From the NCBI GenBank assembly GCA_044426265.1, contig JAWXUR010000003.1, positions 714-64,713 on the forward strand: a stretch of 64,000 nucleotides of DNA, in the 5' to 3' direction. Source of the stretch: Clostridia bacterium (GTDB lineage Bacteria > Bacillota > Clostridia > Oscillospirales > Acutalibacteraceae). Below, piece by piece: positions 48,357 through 58,133 of the stretch; positions within the stretch are counted from its first letter, which is position 1, and every line of letters starts with the position of its first letter. Under the pieces are notes generated by a model. It worked only from the letters and a program-made list of their open reading frames with translations, had not been told where the DNA came from and searched no databases. Position numbers and translations under genes: made by a program.

Positions 48357-49916
48357 ATGGGTATGGGGGTCTTGCAAAAGTTTATCTTGAGCATAGATAA
48401 TTTTAAAAATAGGATTTCGTTTATCACAACCATTTCGCTAGTTCTTGGAATGGGTTTGTTGACATTTGTTCAATTTGAATATATAGATGATTTATATGTT
48501 TGGGTTGCAAAAAACGATTTAATTGAAATAAGTGAACAAATTCGTAGCATTGCTAAAGATGATGATAACGCTGATGGAAAACTTTCGGCAATTGAAACTT
48601 CTAACAGCGTTTATCTTGAAATTTATAGCGACGACGATGTTCTTATTTATACCACACAAAACAACAACTCGATGTTTGGTGTTCAGATGGTTGATTATGG
48701 CGAAACTGCTGAATCTAGTGAAGATCTAATGAGCAGGGTTATGTCTGTTATTGACATTGAAGAACTAAGTGATGGCAGTTCTTTTCAAACAAGAGAAGAA
48801 TATTATGGAACTGCTTCTTATTTAGTTTACACTTCAGTTATGTCAGAGCATGAAACTGTTGAAATTTACACTTCAATGGACGTTATAATTTCTTCTGCTA
48901 ACACGGCTAGTTGGGCACTTTTCATTGTTACAATCTTTTTAGTTTGCACGTTTTTATTCGTTACTATCATTTATTTACGTATGTTTATTAGACCTATGTG
49001 GCAAATAAGTGAAGCGACGAAAAAAATTGCAAATATGGATTTTTCTGTTAACTGTCCATCATATCAAATCAACGATTTAAATGAGCTTAGCCAAAACATC
49101 AATGTGCTTGCAATTTCGCTAAACCGAGCGCTTCATGATTTAAAAAAGCAAAACAATCAACTTGAAAAAGAAATCGAAACGGAAAGAATGGTAGATAAAA
49201 CAAGGCGTTCGTTTGTTGCAAATGCATCTCATGAGCTCAAAACTCCAATAGCGATAATCCAAGGCTATGCCGAGGGCATTAAGTTTGGAATTGGGCATGA
49301 TAACACGATTGAATATTGCGACACAATTTTAGATGAAAGCGTTAAAATGAATAACCTTGTTGTTAGATTATTAGAGCTTAGCAGATATGATTCTGACGGC
49401 TATATGCTGCACAAAAAAGTGTTTAATATTCATGAATTGATTTTAGATTTTATTTCACCAAGAATTAAGTTCATCGAAGAGCAAGCCATCAATTTTAAAT
49501 ACACTATTAGCACAAAGTTTTACGCTAATGCCGATCCTGACTTAATTCGTGACGTGATTAACAACTATGTTTCCAACGCTTGCAGCCACATTTGCAATGA
49601 AAAAGAGCTTATCATTTCATGCAAAGAAGTTGACAATGCTTACAGGGTTAGCGTTTTCAACTCAGGCAAACAAATTTCAGAAAAAGACATCGACAACATT
49701 TGGTTTAGCTTTTATCGTGCCGACAAGGCTCACTCAAGAAATGAGGGACGTTTCGGCTTAGGCTTATCAATAGTTTCCTCCGTTCAAGATTTGCATGGGC
49801 AAAAATATGGAGTTGTTAACCATAATAACGGAGTTGAATTTTGGTTTGATATCGAAAAATCAGATGACATTGATTTGTTTGTTGAAGAAAATTCAAGTGG
49901 CGAAGTCAATCAATGA
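48357..49916 (+). CDS. Sensor histidine kinase (two TM, HAMP, HisKA, HATPase)
   Basis: H-box SHELKTPIAIIQGY and a G-box region GRFGLGLSIV. Starts 1 nt after the regulator stop. Confidence 0.9.
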   Translation: MGMGVLQKFILSIDNFKNRISFITTISLVLGMGLLTFVQFEYIDDLYVWVAKNDLIEISEQIRSIAKDDDNADGKLSAIETSNSVYLEIYSDDDVLIYTTQNNNSMFGVQMVDYGETAESSEDLMSRVMSVIDIEELSDGSSFQTREEYYGTASYLVYTSVMSEHETVEIYTSMDVIISSANTASWALFIVTIFLVCTFLFVTIIYLRMFIRPMWQISEATKKIANMDFSVNCPSYQINDLNELSQNINVLAISLNRALHDLKKQNNQLEKEIETERMVDKTRRSFVANASHELKTPIAIIQGYAEGIKFGIGHDNTIEYCDTILDESVKMNNLVVRLLELSRYDSDGYMLHKKVFNIHELILDFISPRIKFIEEQAINFKYTISTKFYANADPDLIRDVINNYVSNACSHICNEKELIISCKEVDNAYRVSVFNSGKQISEKDIDNIWFSFYRADKAHSRNEGRFGLGLSIVSSVQDLHGQKYGVVNHNNGVEFWFDIEKSDDIDLFVEENSSGEVNQ

Positions 49917-49934
49917 TAATTTTTAATTTTGGGA

Positions 49935-49977
49935 GGCGTACTTTTTTTGGCGGTTAACCGCCAAAAAACTGTACCCC
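49935..49977. repeat. GTAC-flanked palindrome (member 6) between convergent genes
   Basis: GGCGTAC-TTTTTTTGGCGG-TTAA-CCGCCAAAAAA-CTGTACCCC. Confidence 0.85.
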
Positions 49978-50048
49978 ACACCACACAAATAAAAAAGCAA
50001 CGAAGCGATTTAATTCACTTCGTTGCTTTTATTTTTTTGTTTAAATTA

Positions 50049-51131
50049 TTATTTGTTTTCAGCTTCAAATTTAGCCATGAACTCAACTAATTTTTCAACG
50101 CCTTCAATTGGCATTGCGTTATAAATTGAAGCTCTCATGCCGCCAACACTGCGGTGACCTTTAAGGTTGATGAATCCCAAAGCGTCTGATTCTTTGATGA
50201 ATTTTGCATTGAGTTCGTCACTCTCTGTTACGAAAGGAACGTTCATGAGTGATCTATCTTCAGCCACAACTGTGCCTTTGAACATTTCACTTGAATCTAA
50301 GAAATCATAAAGAATTTTAGCTTTTTTGATGTTGTGCTCTTGCATTTTTTCAAGACCACCTAAGTTTTTAATCCACTCTAAAACTAATTTACAAATGTAA
50401 ATAGTGTAGCATGGAGGTGTGTTATACATTGAGCCGTTATCAGCGTGGATTTTAAGATCTAACATTGTTGGAGTGCCTTCACGAGCGTTTCCAAGCATAT
50501 CTTCACGAACAATCATGATAACCAAACCAGCTGGTGCGATATTTTTTTGAGCGCCGCCATAAACAACAGCGAACTTTGAAACATCGATTGGCTCAGATAA
50601 GAAACATGATGAAACGTCTGCAACGAGAGGAAGCTCGCCAACGTCTGGAATGTCTTTATAAACTGTGCCATAAATTGTGTTGTTCATGCAGATATATGCA
50701 TAGTCTGCATCTTTTCTAAAATCGTCTTTAGTTGTTTTTGGAATGTAGCTGAAAGTTTTGTCAGCTGATGAAGCAACAGCTTTTGCATCGCCGAATTTTG
50801 CAGCTTCTTGCCATGCTTTTTTAGCCCATTGACCAGTGATGATATAGTCAGCTTTTTTGCTGCCATTCATGAAGTTCATTGGAATTGCTGCAAATTGAGT
50901 TGAAGCTCCGCCTTGTAAAAAGAGAACTTTATAGTTTTCAGGGATATTCATAAGCTCACGAATGAGAGCTTCAGCTGAATCGATGATGCCTTGATAAACT
51001 TTTGATCTATGTGACATCTCCATTACAGATTGACCGCTACCTTCGTAGTCGAGCATTTCACTTGCTGCTTTTTCGAGAACTTCAAGTGGTAACATTGATG
51101 GGCCTGCTGAAAAATTATATACTCTTGCCAT
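50049..51131 (-). CDS. serC: Phosphoserine aminotransferase
   Basis: 360 aa. YNFSAGPSMLP, SHRSK and the GGAQKN (PLP lysine) motifs. Confidence 0.92.
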   Translation of the reverse strand: MARVYNFSAGPSMLPLEVLEKAASEMLDYEGSGQSVMEMSHRSKVYQGIIDSAEALIRELMNIPENYKVLFLQGGASTQFAAIPMNFMNGSKKADYIITGQWAKKAWQEAAKFGDAKAVASSADKTFSYIPKTTKDDFRKDADYAYICMNNTIYGTVYKDIPDVGELPLVADVSSCFLSEPIDVSKFAVVYGGAQKNIAPAGLVIMIVREDMLGNAREGTPTMLDLKIHADNGSMYNTPPCYTIYICKLVLEWIKNLGGLEKMQEHNIKKAKILYDFLDSSEMFKGTVVAEDRSLMNVPFVTESDELNAKFIKESDALGFINLKGHRSVGGMRASIYNAMPIEGVEKLVEFMAKFEAENK

Positions 51132-51368
51132 TAGATTTATCCTCCGTAGTTTAAATGTTTTATATAAATACTAACTTAATTATACGTCAATCATCTCAAT
51201 ATGTCAATCTTATTTCATTTTTAATCATAGATTTTACTGCACTAAAATCATAGAAATTTGTTAAACTTGACTATTTGATTGTTTTTTTAAATTTAATTGA
51301 GTTTTGCTTGATTTTTGATTTGCTTTTGTACATGGTGAAATTTATGTTTTCAGTGAATTTGCTTGTTA

Positions 51369-51965
51369 GCGTAGGGGTTGACCTCATAGCTGGGAACTTA
51401 AATGAAAAACCATCAATCACAACGTAGGGACATGGCTTGCCATGTCAGAAACTTGGTTTGTGCTATACTTGCGGACATGGCAAGCCATGTCCCTACAATA
51501 GGAAAATTGTAGGGGCGACCTGTGGTCGCCAGTAGGTTTGATGAAATTTTCTGGCGACCTCAGGTCGCCCCTACACTAACAAATAAATTTTTCAAATCTC
51601 TTAAGTTACTGGCAATAAAATCGCCCACTACGTTTTTAAAGGAATTTCATAAAGCAATCCGTAAAAAATCGCTTTGCTCTTTTTACTACTAACGCAAATG
51701 CGATATCGTTTTTTCCTTTAGATTGCTCTTTAGGAAACGATACCGCATTTAGTTAGTTTGTTTTATTTTTTTATCGCATTTGCTTGTTGCTAATTTTCAA
51801 TTTTCAATTCTCAATTTTCAATTTTCTTGGGGTGTTTCGCTTGCTGCTGCAAGCGACTTAAGGCTCTGCCTTAAGAATCTGCAATTTTTCGTGAAAAATT
51901 GAGTAAAGCTTTGCTTGCTTTTTTCTTTTTTATTTTTATTTTTTATTTTTCTTTTTATTCTTTAC
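51369..51965. repeat. Composite repeat R16
   Basis: REPIN-like doublets at 51424..51496 and 51509..51574, inverted relative to 17502..17652. Also the CGCAAATGCGAT module (51655..51765), a 7-bp periodic tract (51792..51826), a partial hairpin chain (51835..51918) and a T/C tract (51919..51965) abutting a gene stop. Confidence 0.88.
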
Positions 51966-51977
51966 CTATTCTTCTAA

Positions 51978-52424
51978 TTATTCAGCTGAAAAAATCCCCT
52001 CAACAGCATCAACAATCATATCTTTAAGATAATTAAGACCATATTTGATAAGACCAACCCAAATGTTTGATTCATGATCAACATTTTCATTCGAAGTAAC
52101 ATAAGTTATTTCGCCATCTTCTTCAAATATTTCCATTGTGCAAGTGAATGAACAGTTGATTTCTTGTTTAACTGTAACTGTGTAAGTGCCGTCACCATTG
52201 TCATCATAAATAGTGTCTAACAAGTCGTAACAACAGCTCATGTCTAAGCCTTCAACCCTATAGATATAATATTTGGCATACACTCTAATTTCACTATCAA
52301 GTGTTGAAAGTTGAGTTGTTGTGAGATCGTCCATTGAAACTGCGGTTGAAGTTGCAGTTGCTGGAATAACGAGTGAGAACATCATGATTGCAGCGAGTGC
52401 AAATGAGATTAATTTTTTAGTCAT
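51978..52424 (-). CDS. Small secreted Cys-containing protein, unknown family (cassette copy 1)
   Basis: 148 aa from ATG 52424 (RBS GAAGGAGG; the track TTG start is unlikely). Has a signal peptide (MTKKLISFALAAIMMFSLVIPATA), four Cys and a DDNGDG loop. Confidence 0.72.
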   Translation of the reverse strand: MTKKLISFALAAIMMFSLVIPATATSTAVSMDDLTTTQLSTLDSEIRVYAKYYIYRVEGLDMSCCYDLLDTIYDDNGDGTYTVTVKQEINCSFTCTMEIFEEDGEITYVTSNENVDHESNIWVGLIKYGLNYLKDMIVDAVEGIFSAE

Positions 52425-52444
52425 TTTTCTTTCCTCCTTCAAAC

Positions 52445-54181
52445 TTAAGCGTCAAAATCGATGCCGTCAAAATCATCTGTGTATGTCCAAGTAACATCGC
52501 TAACGAAATATCTGTCAAACACACTTTGAATGTTGTCAAGAGCAAGTTCGTTATCTTCACGAGGCATTACGTAGAAGTTTTCAACTGTGATTCCGTCAAC
52601 ATAGCGGCAGTATAAGCCGTAAACTGGGATATCGTACATAAGAGAATCTTCATAGTTACCCATACCCATATAGAAAATCTTTGTGATTTCTGGATAAACT
52701 TCTGCTGCAGATTGTGCGAAGATGCATTCTAAAACACCTGGAAGATCGAGGTCACTTGTAACACCTTCTCTGTATTTCACAACAAAGTTTTTGATTGTTA
52801 CGTCAGTTACATAGTGAATTTCAGAGAAGTCTGTTAAGCCGTTTGTGCAGCCAACTACTGCGCTTGCCATGTAAACATTGTTAGCTTCGATATTTTCGAT
52901 AACAACGTTTGAGAGGCTGCCAACAGTTTCTGTGCTGTAACTCATTCTATAACCGAGCCAGATAAGAAGTGGAGATAAAATGCCGTCCATTTGAATGTCA
53001 TGAACATAAACGTCTTCAAGGTTAGAGCCATCAACGCTTTCTATAGCTATACCAGCGTAACCACCAGCTGTTCCAGCTTTGAAGAATTGACAGTCATAAA
53101 CTTCAATGTTGCCGATTCCTGTTGCTGTAGGTGTACCGATTTTGAAACAGTTCGCATTTGATATGATTTCACAGTTATAAAATTCATAGTTGTAACAACC
53201 GCCATCATCATATGATTTAATGCTCATGCCGTCATCTGCTGCTGAAATAAAGCAGTCATGCATAACAACGTTGTTGCAGTCTAAGTAGTCAACGCCGTCA
53301 CCATTTTCAGTGTGTAAGTTATTATTTAAGATAGTATATTCAACTAAAATGTTATCTGTTTCTTCAATCCACATAACGAACCCGCCAGAGTTATAAAGCT
53401 CAATGTTTTCAATAGTTAAGCCATCAACATTGCTAGTTCTAATGAGTTGAACTCTTGAGCCAGTTTTATATGTGATATATTCTCTCCAAGCTAAGTTATA
53501 TTCTTTAAGATTGAAGCTTGTTATGTCTGAAGCTAAAAGTGATAAGCCATCACCAGCGTAAGATTCATTCATGTAAGTTTGACCTTGACCATCGATAGTA
53601 CCAGGGCCTTCGATAGTTACATTATCACAGTTATAAACTTTGATAACAGCAGATGATAAACCACTACTTCCATCCACTTCACTGTTAAGCAACATTTGAT
53701 CATAATCAATGCATTGAAGTGTTGTATTAGTACCAACTTTTAAAGTAACATTTGATTGCATAACGATTGTTACGATTTCGAATGTTGTTTCAGCGCCATA
53801 GTTTGAAATGTACACTGTACCGCCACCAGCTGCGTTTGCTACAGTGATAGCTTCATTGATAGCTGCTGCATTTTCTTTACCTGTGTTGTTTTCTGAAAGA
53901 TCATAACCATCAGCCACAACGTCGATGAATGTATAACCGATAGCCGCTGCCTCTGCTTTAGCTTCTGCTTTTTCATCAGCATAGCTCTCAGCGTAAGTGA
54001 GATAATCATCATAAGGGATATTATCCACATAACCACCAGTTACTGTGTAGTCAGTCGTGTACATATCATCAAAGATTGATTCATCAACAGCTGCGCTGCT
54101 TGTTGTGAAAATTCCAAGTGATGATGTGGTTGTCATTACAACAACTAAAATGAGTTTGATAACGTTTTGAAATGTTTGCAT
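52445..54181 (-). CDS. Secreted right-handed beta-helix protein, GH28/pectate-lyase-3-like glycosidase (cassette copy 1)
   Basis: 578 aa with a signal peptide. N-terminal cap pattern NTGKENAAAINEAITVANAAGGGTVY and GH28-like acidic motifs ENGDGVD and AADDGMSIKS. Confidence 0.78.
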   Translation of the reverse strand: MQTFQNVIKLILVVVMTTTSSLGIFTTSSAAVDESIFDDMYTTDYTVTGGYVDNIPYDDYLTYAESYADEKAEAKAEAAAIGYTFIDVVADGYDLSENNTGKENAAAINEAITVANAAGGGTVYISNYGAETTFEIVTIVMQSNVTLKVGTNTTLQCIDYDQMLLNSEVDGSSGLSSAVIKVYNCDNVTIEGPGTIDGQGQTYMNESYAGDGLSLLASDITSFNLKEYNLAWREYITYKTGSRVQLIRTSNVDGLTIENIELYNSGGFVMWIEETDNILVEYTILNNNLHTENGDGVDYLDCNNVVMHDCFISAADDGMSIKSYDDGGCYNYEFYNCEIISNANCFKIGTPTATGIGNIEVYDCQFFKAGTAGGYAGIAIESVDGSNLEDVYVHDIQMDGILSPLLIWLGYRMSYSTETVGSLSNVVIENIEANNVYMASAVVGCTNGLTDFSEIHYVTDVTIKNFVVKYREGVTSDLDLPGVLECIFAQSAAEVYPEITKIFYMGMGNYEDSLMYDIPVYGLYCRYVDGITVENFYVMPREDNELALDNIQSVFDRYFVSDVTWTYTDDFDGIDFDA

Positions 54182-54288
54182 AAATTTGTTCCTCCACTTT
54201 TTTAATATTTTCTAAATCAACTAAGCATGAATTTCACAACTTCATATTGTTTTAACGAAAAATCACCTCTAGTTTAAAATATATTTAA

Positions 54289-54317
54289 ATTATAGCATAT
54301 ACAAAAACAATTGTAAA
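54289..54317 (-). promoter_or_regulatory. Promoter of cassette copy 1
   Basis: On the minus strand: TTTACA (54317..54312), 17 nt, TGcTATAAT (-10 at 54294..54289). Confidence 0.6.
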
Positions 54318-54391
54318 TCTATTTTTATTGTTTTTTTGTTTATTTTTCCTTTTTTTTGAAATTTTAATGGTGAAAATAAATATAAAATTAC

Positions 54392-54419
54392 AAAAAGAGC
54401 CCCTCTTTCGAGAAGCTCT
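54392..54419 (-). terminator. Intrinsic terminator of cassette copy 2
   Basis: On the minus strand: AGAGCUUCUC-GAAA-GAGGGGCUCU (10 bp including two G:U pairs) followed by U5. Confidence 0.75.
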
Positions 54420-54445
54420 TTAATTATTGGATTTTTTTACACTAA

Positions 54446-54892
54446 TTATTCAGCTGAGAAAATTCCCTCAACAGCGTCAACAATCATATCTTTAACCATG
54501 TTTAAGCCGTACTTGATAAGTGCAATCCAAATGTTTGATTCGTGATCTACTTCGTAATCAGAAGTAACATAAGTGATTTCACCATCTTCTTCAAAAAGTT
54601 CAAGAGTACAAGTGTAAGTACAGTTGATTTCTTGTTTGATAGTTACTGTGTAAGTGCCGTCACCATTGTCGTCATAGATAGTGTCTAACAAGTCATAACA
54701 GCAGCTCATGTCTAAGCCTTCAACTCTATAAATATAATATTTTGCTTCTGCAACAAGTGCGGTGTTAATTGATGTAAGAGTTGCTGCGTCAACATCGTCC
54801 ATTGAAATTGTTGTTTGTGCTGCAGTTGCTGGAATAACTAGTGAGAACATCATGATTGCAGCGAGTGCAAATGAGATTAATTTTTTAGTCAT
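54446..54892 (-). CDS. Small secreted Cys-containing protein, unknown family (cassette copy 2)
   Basis: Paralog of 51978..52424 with an identical signal peptide. ATG 54892 follows GAAGGAGG. Confidence 0.72.
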   Translation of the reverse strand: MTKKLISFALAAIMMFSLVIPATAAQTTISMDDVDAATLTSINTALVAEAKYYIYRVEGLDMSCCYDLLDTIYDDNGDGTYTVTIKQEINCTYTCTLELFEEDGEITYVTSDYEVDHESNIWIALIKYGLNMVKDMIVDAVEGIFSAE

Positions 54893-54912
54893 TTTTCTTT
54901 CCTCCTTCAAAC

Positions 54913-56649
54913 TTAAGCGTCAAAATCGATGCCGTCAAAATCATCTGTGTATGTCCAACTTACATCGCTAACGAAATATCTATCAAATACGTTTTGGATA
55001 TTGTCAAGAGGAAGTTCGTTATCTTCACGAGGCATTACATAGAAGTTTTCAACTGTGATTCCGTCAACATAGCGGCAATATAAGCCGTAAACTGGAATAT
55101 CATACATGAGAGCATCTTCATAGTTACCCATACCCATATAGAAAATCTTGGTAATTTCTGGATATACGTCTGGTGCAGATTGAGCGAAGATACATTCTAA
55201 AACACCTGGAAGTGTTGGATCACTTGTTACGCCCTCTCTATATTTCACAACGAAGTTTCTAATTGTTACGTCAGTTACATAGTGAATTTCTGAGAAGTCT
55301 GTTAAGCCGTTTGTGCAGCCTACTACTGCGCTTGCTAAGTCAACGTTATTAGCTTCGATATTTTCGATAACAACATTTGTTAAGCTACCAACTGTTTCTG
55401 TGCTGTAGCTCATTCTATAGCCGAGCCAGATAAGAAGTGGAGATAAGATGCCGTCCATTTGAATGTCATGAACATAAACATCTTCAAGGTTAGAGCCATC
55501 AACACTTTCAATTGCTATACCAGCGTAACCGCCCATTGTGCCGCCTTTGAAGAATTGGCAATCATAAACTTCAATGTTTCCAATTCCAGTTGCTGTAGGT
55601 GTACCGATTTTAAAGCAGTTAGCATATGAAATGATTTCGCAGTTATAAAATTCATAATTATAGCAGCCGCCATTATCATATGATTTAATACTCATGCCGT
55701 CATCAGCAGCTGAAATAAAGCAGTCATGCATAACAACATTATTGCAGTCTAAGTAGTCAACACCATCACCATTTTCAGTGTGTAAGTTATTATTTAAGAT
55801 AGTGTATTCAACTAAAATGTTATCTGTTTCTTCAATCCACATAACGAAGTTAGCTGCGTTATAAAGATCGATGTTTTCAATTGTTAAGCCGTCAACATTG
55901 CTAGTTCTAATGAGTTGAACTCTTGAACCTGTGTGGTAACAAATATATTGACGCCAAGCTAAGTTGTATTCTTTAAGATTGAATGTTGTTACGTCTGAAG
56001 CTAAGAGTGATAAGCCATCGCCCATGTAAGAATCATTCATGTAAGTTGTGCCTTGACCATCGATTGTTCCAGGGCCTTCAAGTTTAACATTGTCGCAGTT
56101 ATAAATCTTAATAACTCCGCCTGATAAGCCAGAGCTACCATAAAGTTCGTTATTTGCGAGCATTTGATCATAATCAATGCATTGAAGTGTTGTGTTCATA
56201 CCAACTTTTAAAATAACATTTGATTGCATAACGATTGTTACGATTTCATATGTTGTTTCAGCACCATAGTTTGAAACGTACACAGTACCGCCGCCAGCTG
56301 CGTTTGCTGCTGTGATAGCTAAGTTGATAGCTGCTGCATTTTCTATGCCAGTGTTGTCAACTGCAATGTCATAACCTTCAGCAACAACGTCGATGAAAGT
56401 ATAGCCGATAGCCGCTGCCTCTGCTTTAGCTTCTGCTTTTTCATCAGCATAGCTGTCTGCGTATGTTAAATAATCATCATAAGGAATTTCATTAACATAA
56501 CCACCAGTTACTGTGTAATCAGATGTGTACATATCATCAAAGATTGATTCATCAACAGCTGCGCTGCTTGAAGTGAAAATCCCCAGTGATGATGTGGTTG
56601 TTATCACAACAACCAAAATGAGTTTGATAACGTTTTGAAATGTTTGCAT
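54913..56649 (-). CDS. Secreted right-handed beta-helix protein, GH28/pectate-lyase-3-like glycosidase (cassette copy 2)
   Basis: 578 aa, collinear with 52445..54181 without indels. Roughly nine residues in ten are identical by eye. Confidence 0.78.
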   Translation of the reverse strand: MQTFQNVIKLILVVVITTTSSLGIFTSSSAAVDESIFDDMYTSDYTVTGGYVNEIPYDDYLTYADSYADEKAEAKAEAAAIGYTFIDVVAEGYDIAVDNTGIENAAAINLAITAANAAGGGTVYVSNYGAETTYEIVTIVMQSNVILKVGMNTTLQCIDYDQMLANNELYGSSGLSGGVIKIYNCDNVKLEGPGTIDGQGTTYMNDSYMGDGLSLLASDVTTFNLKEYNLAWRQYICYHTGSRVQLIRTSNVDGLTIENIDLYNAANFVMWIEETDNILVEYTILNNNLHTENGDGVDYLDCNNVVMHDCFISAADDGMSIKSYDNGGCYNYEFYNCEIISYANCFKIGTPTATGIGNIEVYDCQFFKGGTMGGYAGIAIESVDGSNLEDVYVHDIQMDGILSPLLIWLGYRMSYSTETVGSLTNVVIENIEANNVDLASAVVGCTNGLTDFSEIHYVTDVTIRNFVVKYREGVTSDPTLPGVLECIFAQSAPDVYPEITKIFYMGMGNYEDALMYDIPVYGLYCRYVDGITVENFYVMPREDNELPLDNIQNVFDRYFVSDVSWTYTDDFDGIDFDA

Positions 56650-56779
56650 AAATTTGTTCCTCCACTTTTTTTAATATTTTCTAGTTTTAACTAAACTTGA
56701 ACTCCCCCAAATTAAACACATAATTCTAAATTATAATTATTTTAATAAAAAGCTCACACTTAGTTTAAATTACATTTAA

Positions 56780-56808
56780 AGTATAGCATAATAGCAAACA
56801 ATTGTAAA
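56780..56808 (-). promoter_or_regulatory. Promoter of cassette copy 2
   Basis: On the minus strand: TTTACA (56808..56803), 17 nt, TGcTATACT (-10 at 56785..56780). Confidence 0.58.
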
Positions 56809-56898
56809 GTTATTTTAATTGTTTTTTACCTTGATTTTATTATTTTTTTGTGAATATTCACCAAAACCGAGTTTTTTGTTGTTTTATATTTCAAATTT

Positions 56899-56939
56899 GG
56901 GGTCTCATCTTTTTTTCGCTTGCGAAAAAACTGTACGGC
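56899..56939. repeat. GTAC-flanked palindrome (member 7, degenerate left flank)
   Basis: GGGGTCTCATC-TTTTTTTCGC-TT-GCGAAAAAA-CTGTACGGC. Confidence 0.75.
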
Positions 56940-56940
56940 A

Positions 56941-56970
56941 AAAAAAGAACTCCCCCTTTTCGAGAAGTTC
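56941..56970 (-). terminator. Intrinsic terminator after the methyltransferase gene
   Basis: On the minus strand: GAACUUCUC-GAAAA-GGGGGAGUUC followed by U6. Confidence 0.7.
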
Positions 56971-56978
56971 TTCGTGTT

Positions 56979-58133
56979 TTATTTAGCTTGATTTTCAATT
57001 AAAGTGCATAGGCATTGCTTGAAATTATATTTCTTTTCAAGAAAATTTACCGCTTTCAAATCAGGTGTTTTTTTCTTTTTAAGAGTGGCTCTAATCATCA
57101 AATTTTTAGGTGAATTTTCAAAATCCACAAACTCTAGCATATCCACATTATAGCCGCATTGCTCGAGGATTTCACCACGAATTGAGTCGGTGAGCATGGC
57201 GCTAAAACGCTCTTTGATAAGCCCATGGTGCAGCAGCAAATCAAAATCTCCGCCAGTTTTGATGCTTGAATTGATTTCATGTTGGCAACAAGGAATTGAG
57301 AAAATATGCTTCACCGAGTGCTTGATTGCGTGGTGTAAGGCATAATCTGTGGCGGTGTCGCAGGCGTGAAGAGTGATAATCATGTCAACATCTTTGCTGT
57401 AAAGCTCGTCATTTTTAACGTCATTAACGTAAAAATTGAGGTTCTCGTAGCCGTATTTCTTGGCAACATCGTTGCAGTACGCCACAACATCTTCCTTGAG
57501 GTCAAAACCGATAACTTTGGTCTTAACTTTTTTGATGTATGTGAAATAATAGTAGACAATAAAAGTCAGATAGCTCTTGCCACAGCCAAAATCAAGAATC
57601 GTGATTGAATCCTTATTCATCTTTTTAAAGTTATCATCAATAATTTCGATAAAGCGGTTAATCTGCTTAAATTTATCATATTTGCTGTTGATAATCTTAT
57701 AATCTTTGCTAAAAATTCCGAGGTCAACAAAAGCCTCAATTTTTTCACCTTGAGCGAGGATATAATTTTTCTCTTTATTATGAGAAAGGTTAACTTTTTG
57801 GCTGCTCGTGTTTTGTTGTACTCTTCGCTTCGCTACGCCGTTTGCATTAATAATGTAATGAATATTAACAGTTTCGCTCGCCAAATTCGCTTGCTTGAAG
57901 TTTACGACTGCGACTTCCCTAGTCCAATTAGTAAACTCGTCAAGACTCATGTTTTTGTGAAACACTTGATTGTTTTTATGCTGCTCAATTTGCCATTTAA
58001 CTTCGTTCTTACTCAAAAAAGGTTTAGCAATAACTTTTGAAAATTCCGCCTCTTTTTGCCTTTTATCGCTAAAAACAAGCTTGCTTATGCTCCGATTTAA
58101 TTCGTTTATATCATTTATCAAATTTACGCTCAT
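56979..58133 (-). CDS. Class I SAM-dependent methyltransferase, substrate unknown
   Basis: 384 aa. SAM motif I ILDFGCGKSYLT and an acidic loop GFDLKED. Confidence 0.75.
   Translation of the reverse strand: MSVNLINDINELNRSISKLVFSDKRQKEAEFSKVIAKPFLSKNEVKWQIEQHKNNQVFHKNMSLDEFTNWTREVAVVNFKQANLASETVNIHYIINANGVAKRRVQQNTSSQKVNLSHNKEKNYILAQGEKIEAFVDLGIFSKDYKIINSKYDKFKQINRFIEIIDDNFKKMNKDSITILDFGCGKSYLTFIVYYYFTYIKKVKTKVIGFDLKEDVVAYCNDVAKKYGYENLNFYVNDVKNDELYSKDVDMIITLHACDTATDYALHHAIKHSVKHIFSIPCCQHEINSSIKTGGDFDLLLHHGLIKERFSAMLTDSIRGEILEQCGYNVDMLEFVDFENSPKNLMIRATLKKKKTPDLKAVNFLEKKYNFKQCLCTLIENQAK

Noticed and set aside
49935-49977. GTAC-flanked palindromes as ordinary bidirectional intrinsic terminators
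   Set aside because: The T run is 5' and the A run 3' of the GC core on both strands, so no U tract follows the hairpin. Two members also sit in 5' leaders. A terminator role is not excluded but is not the simplest reading.
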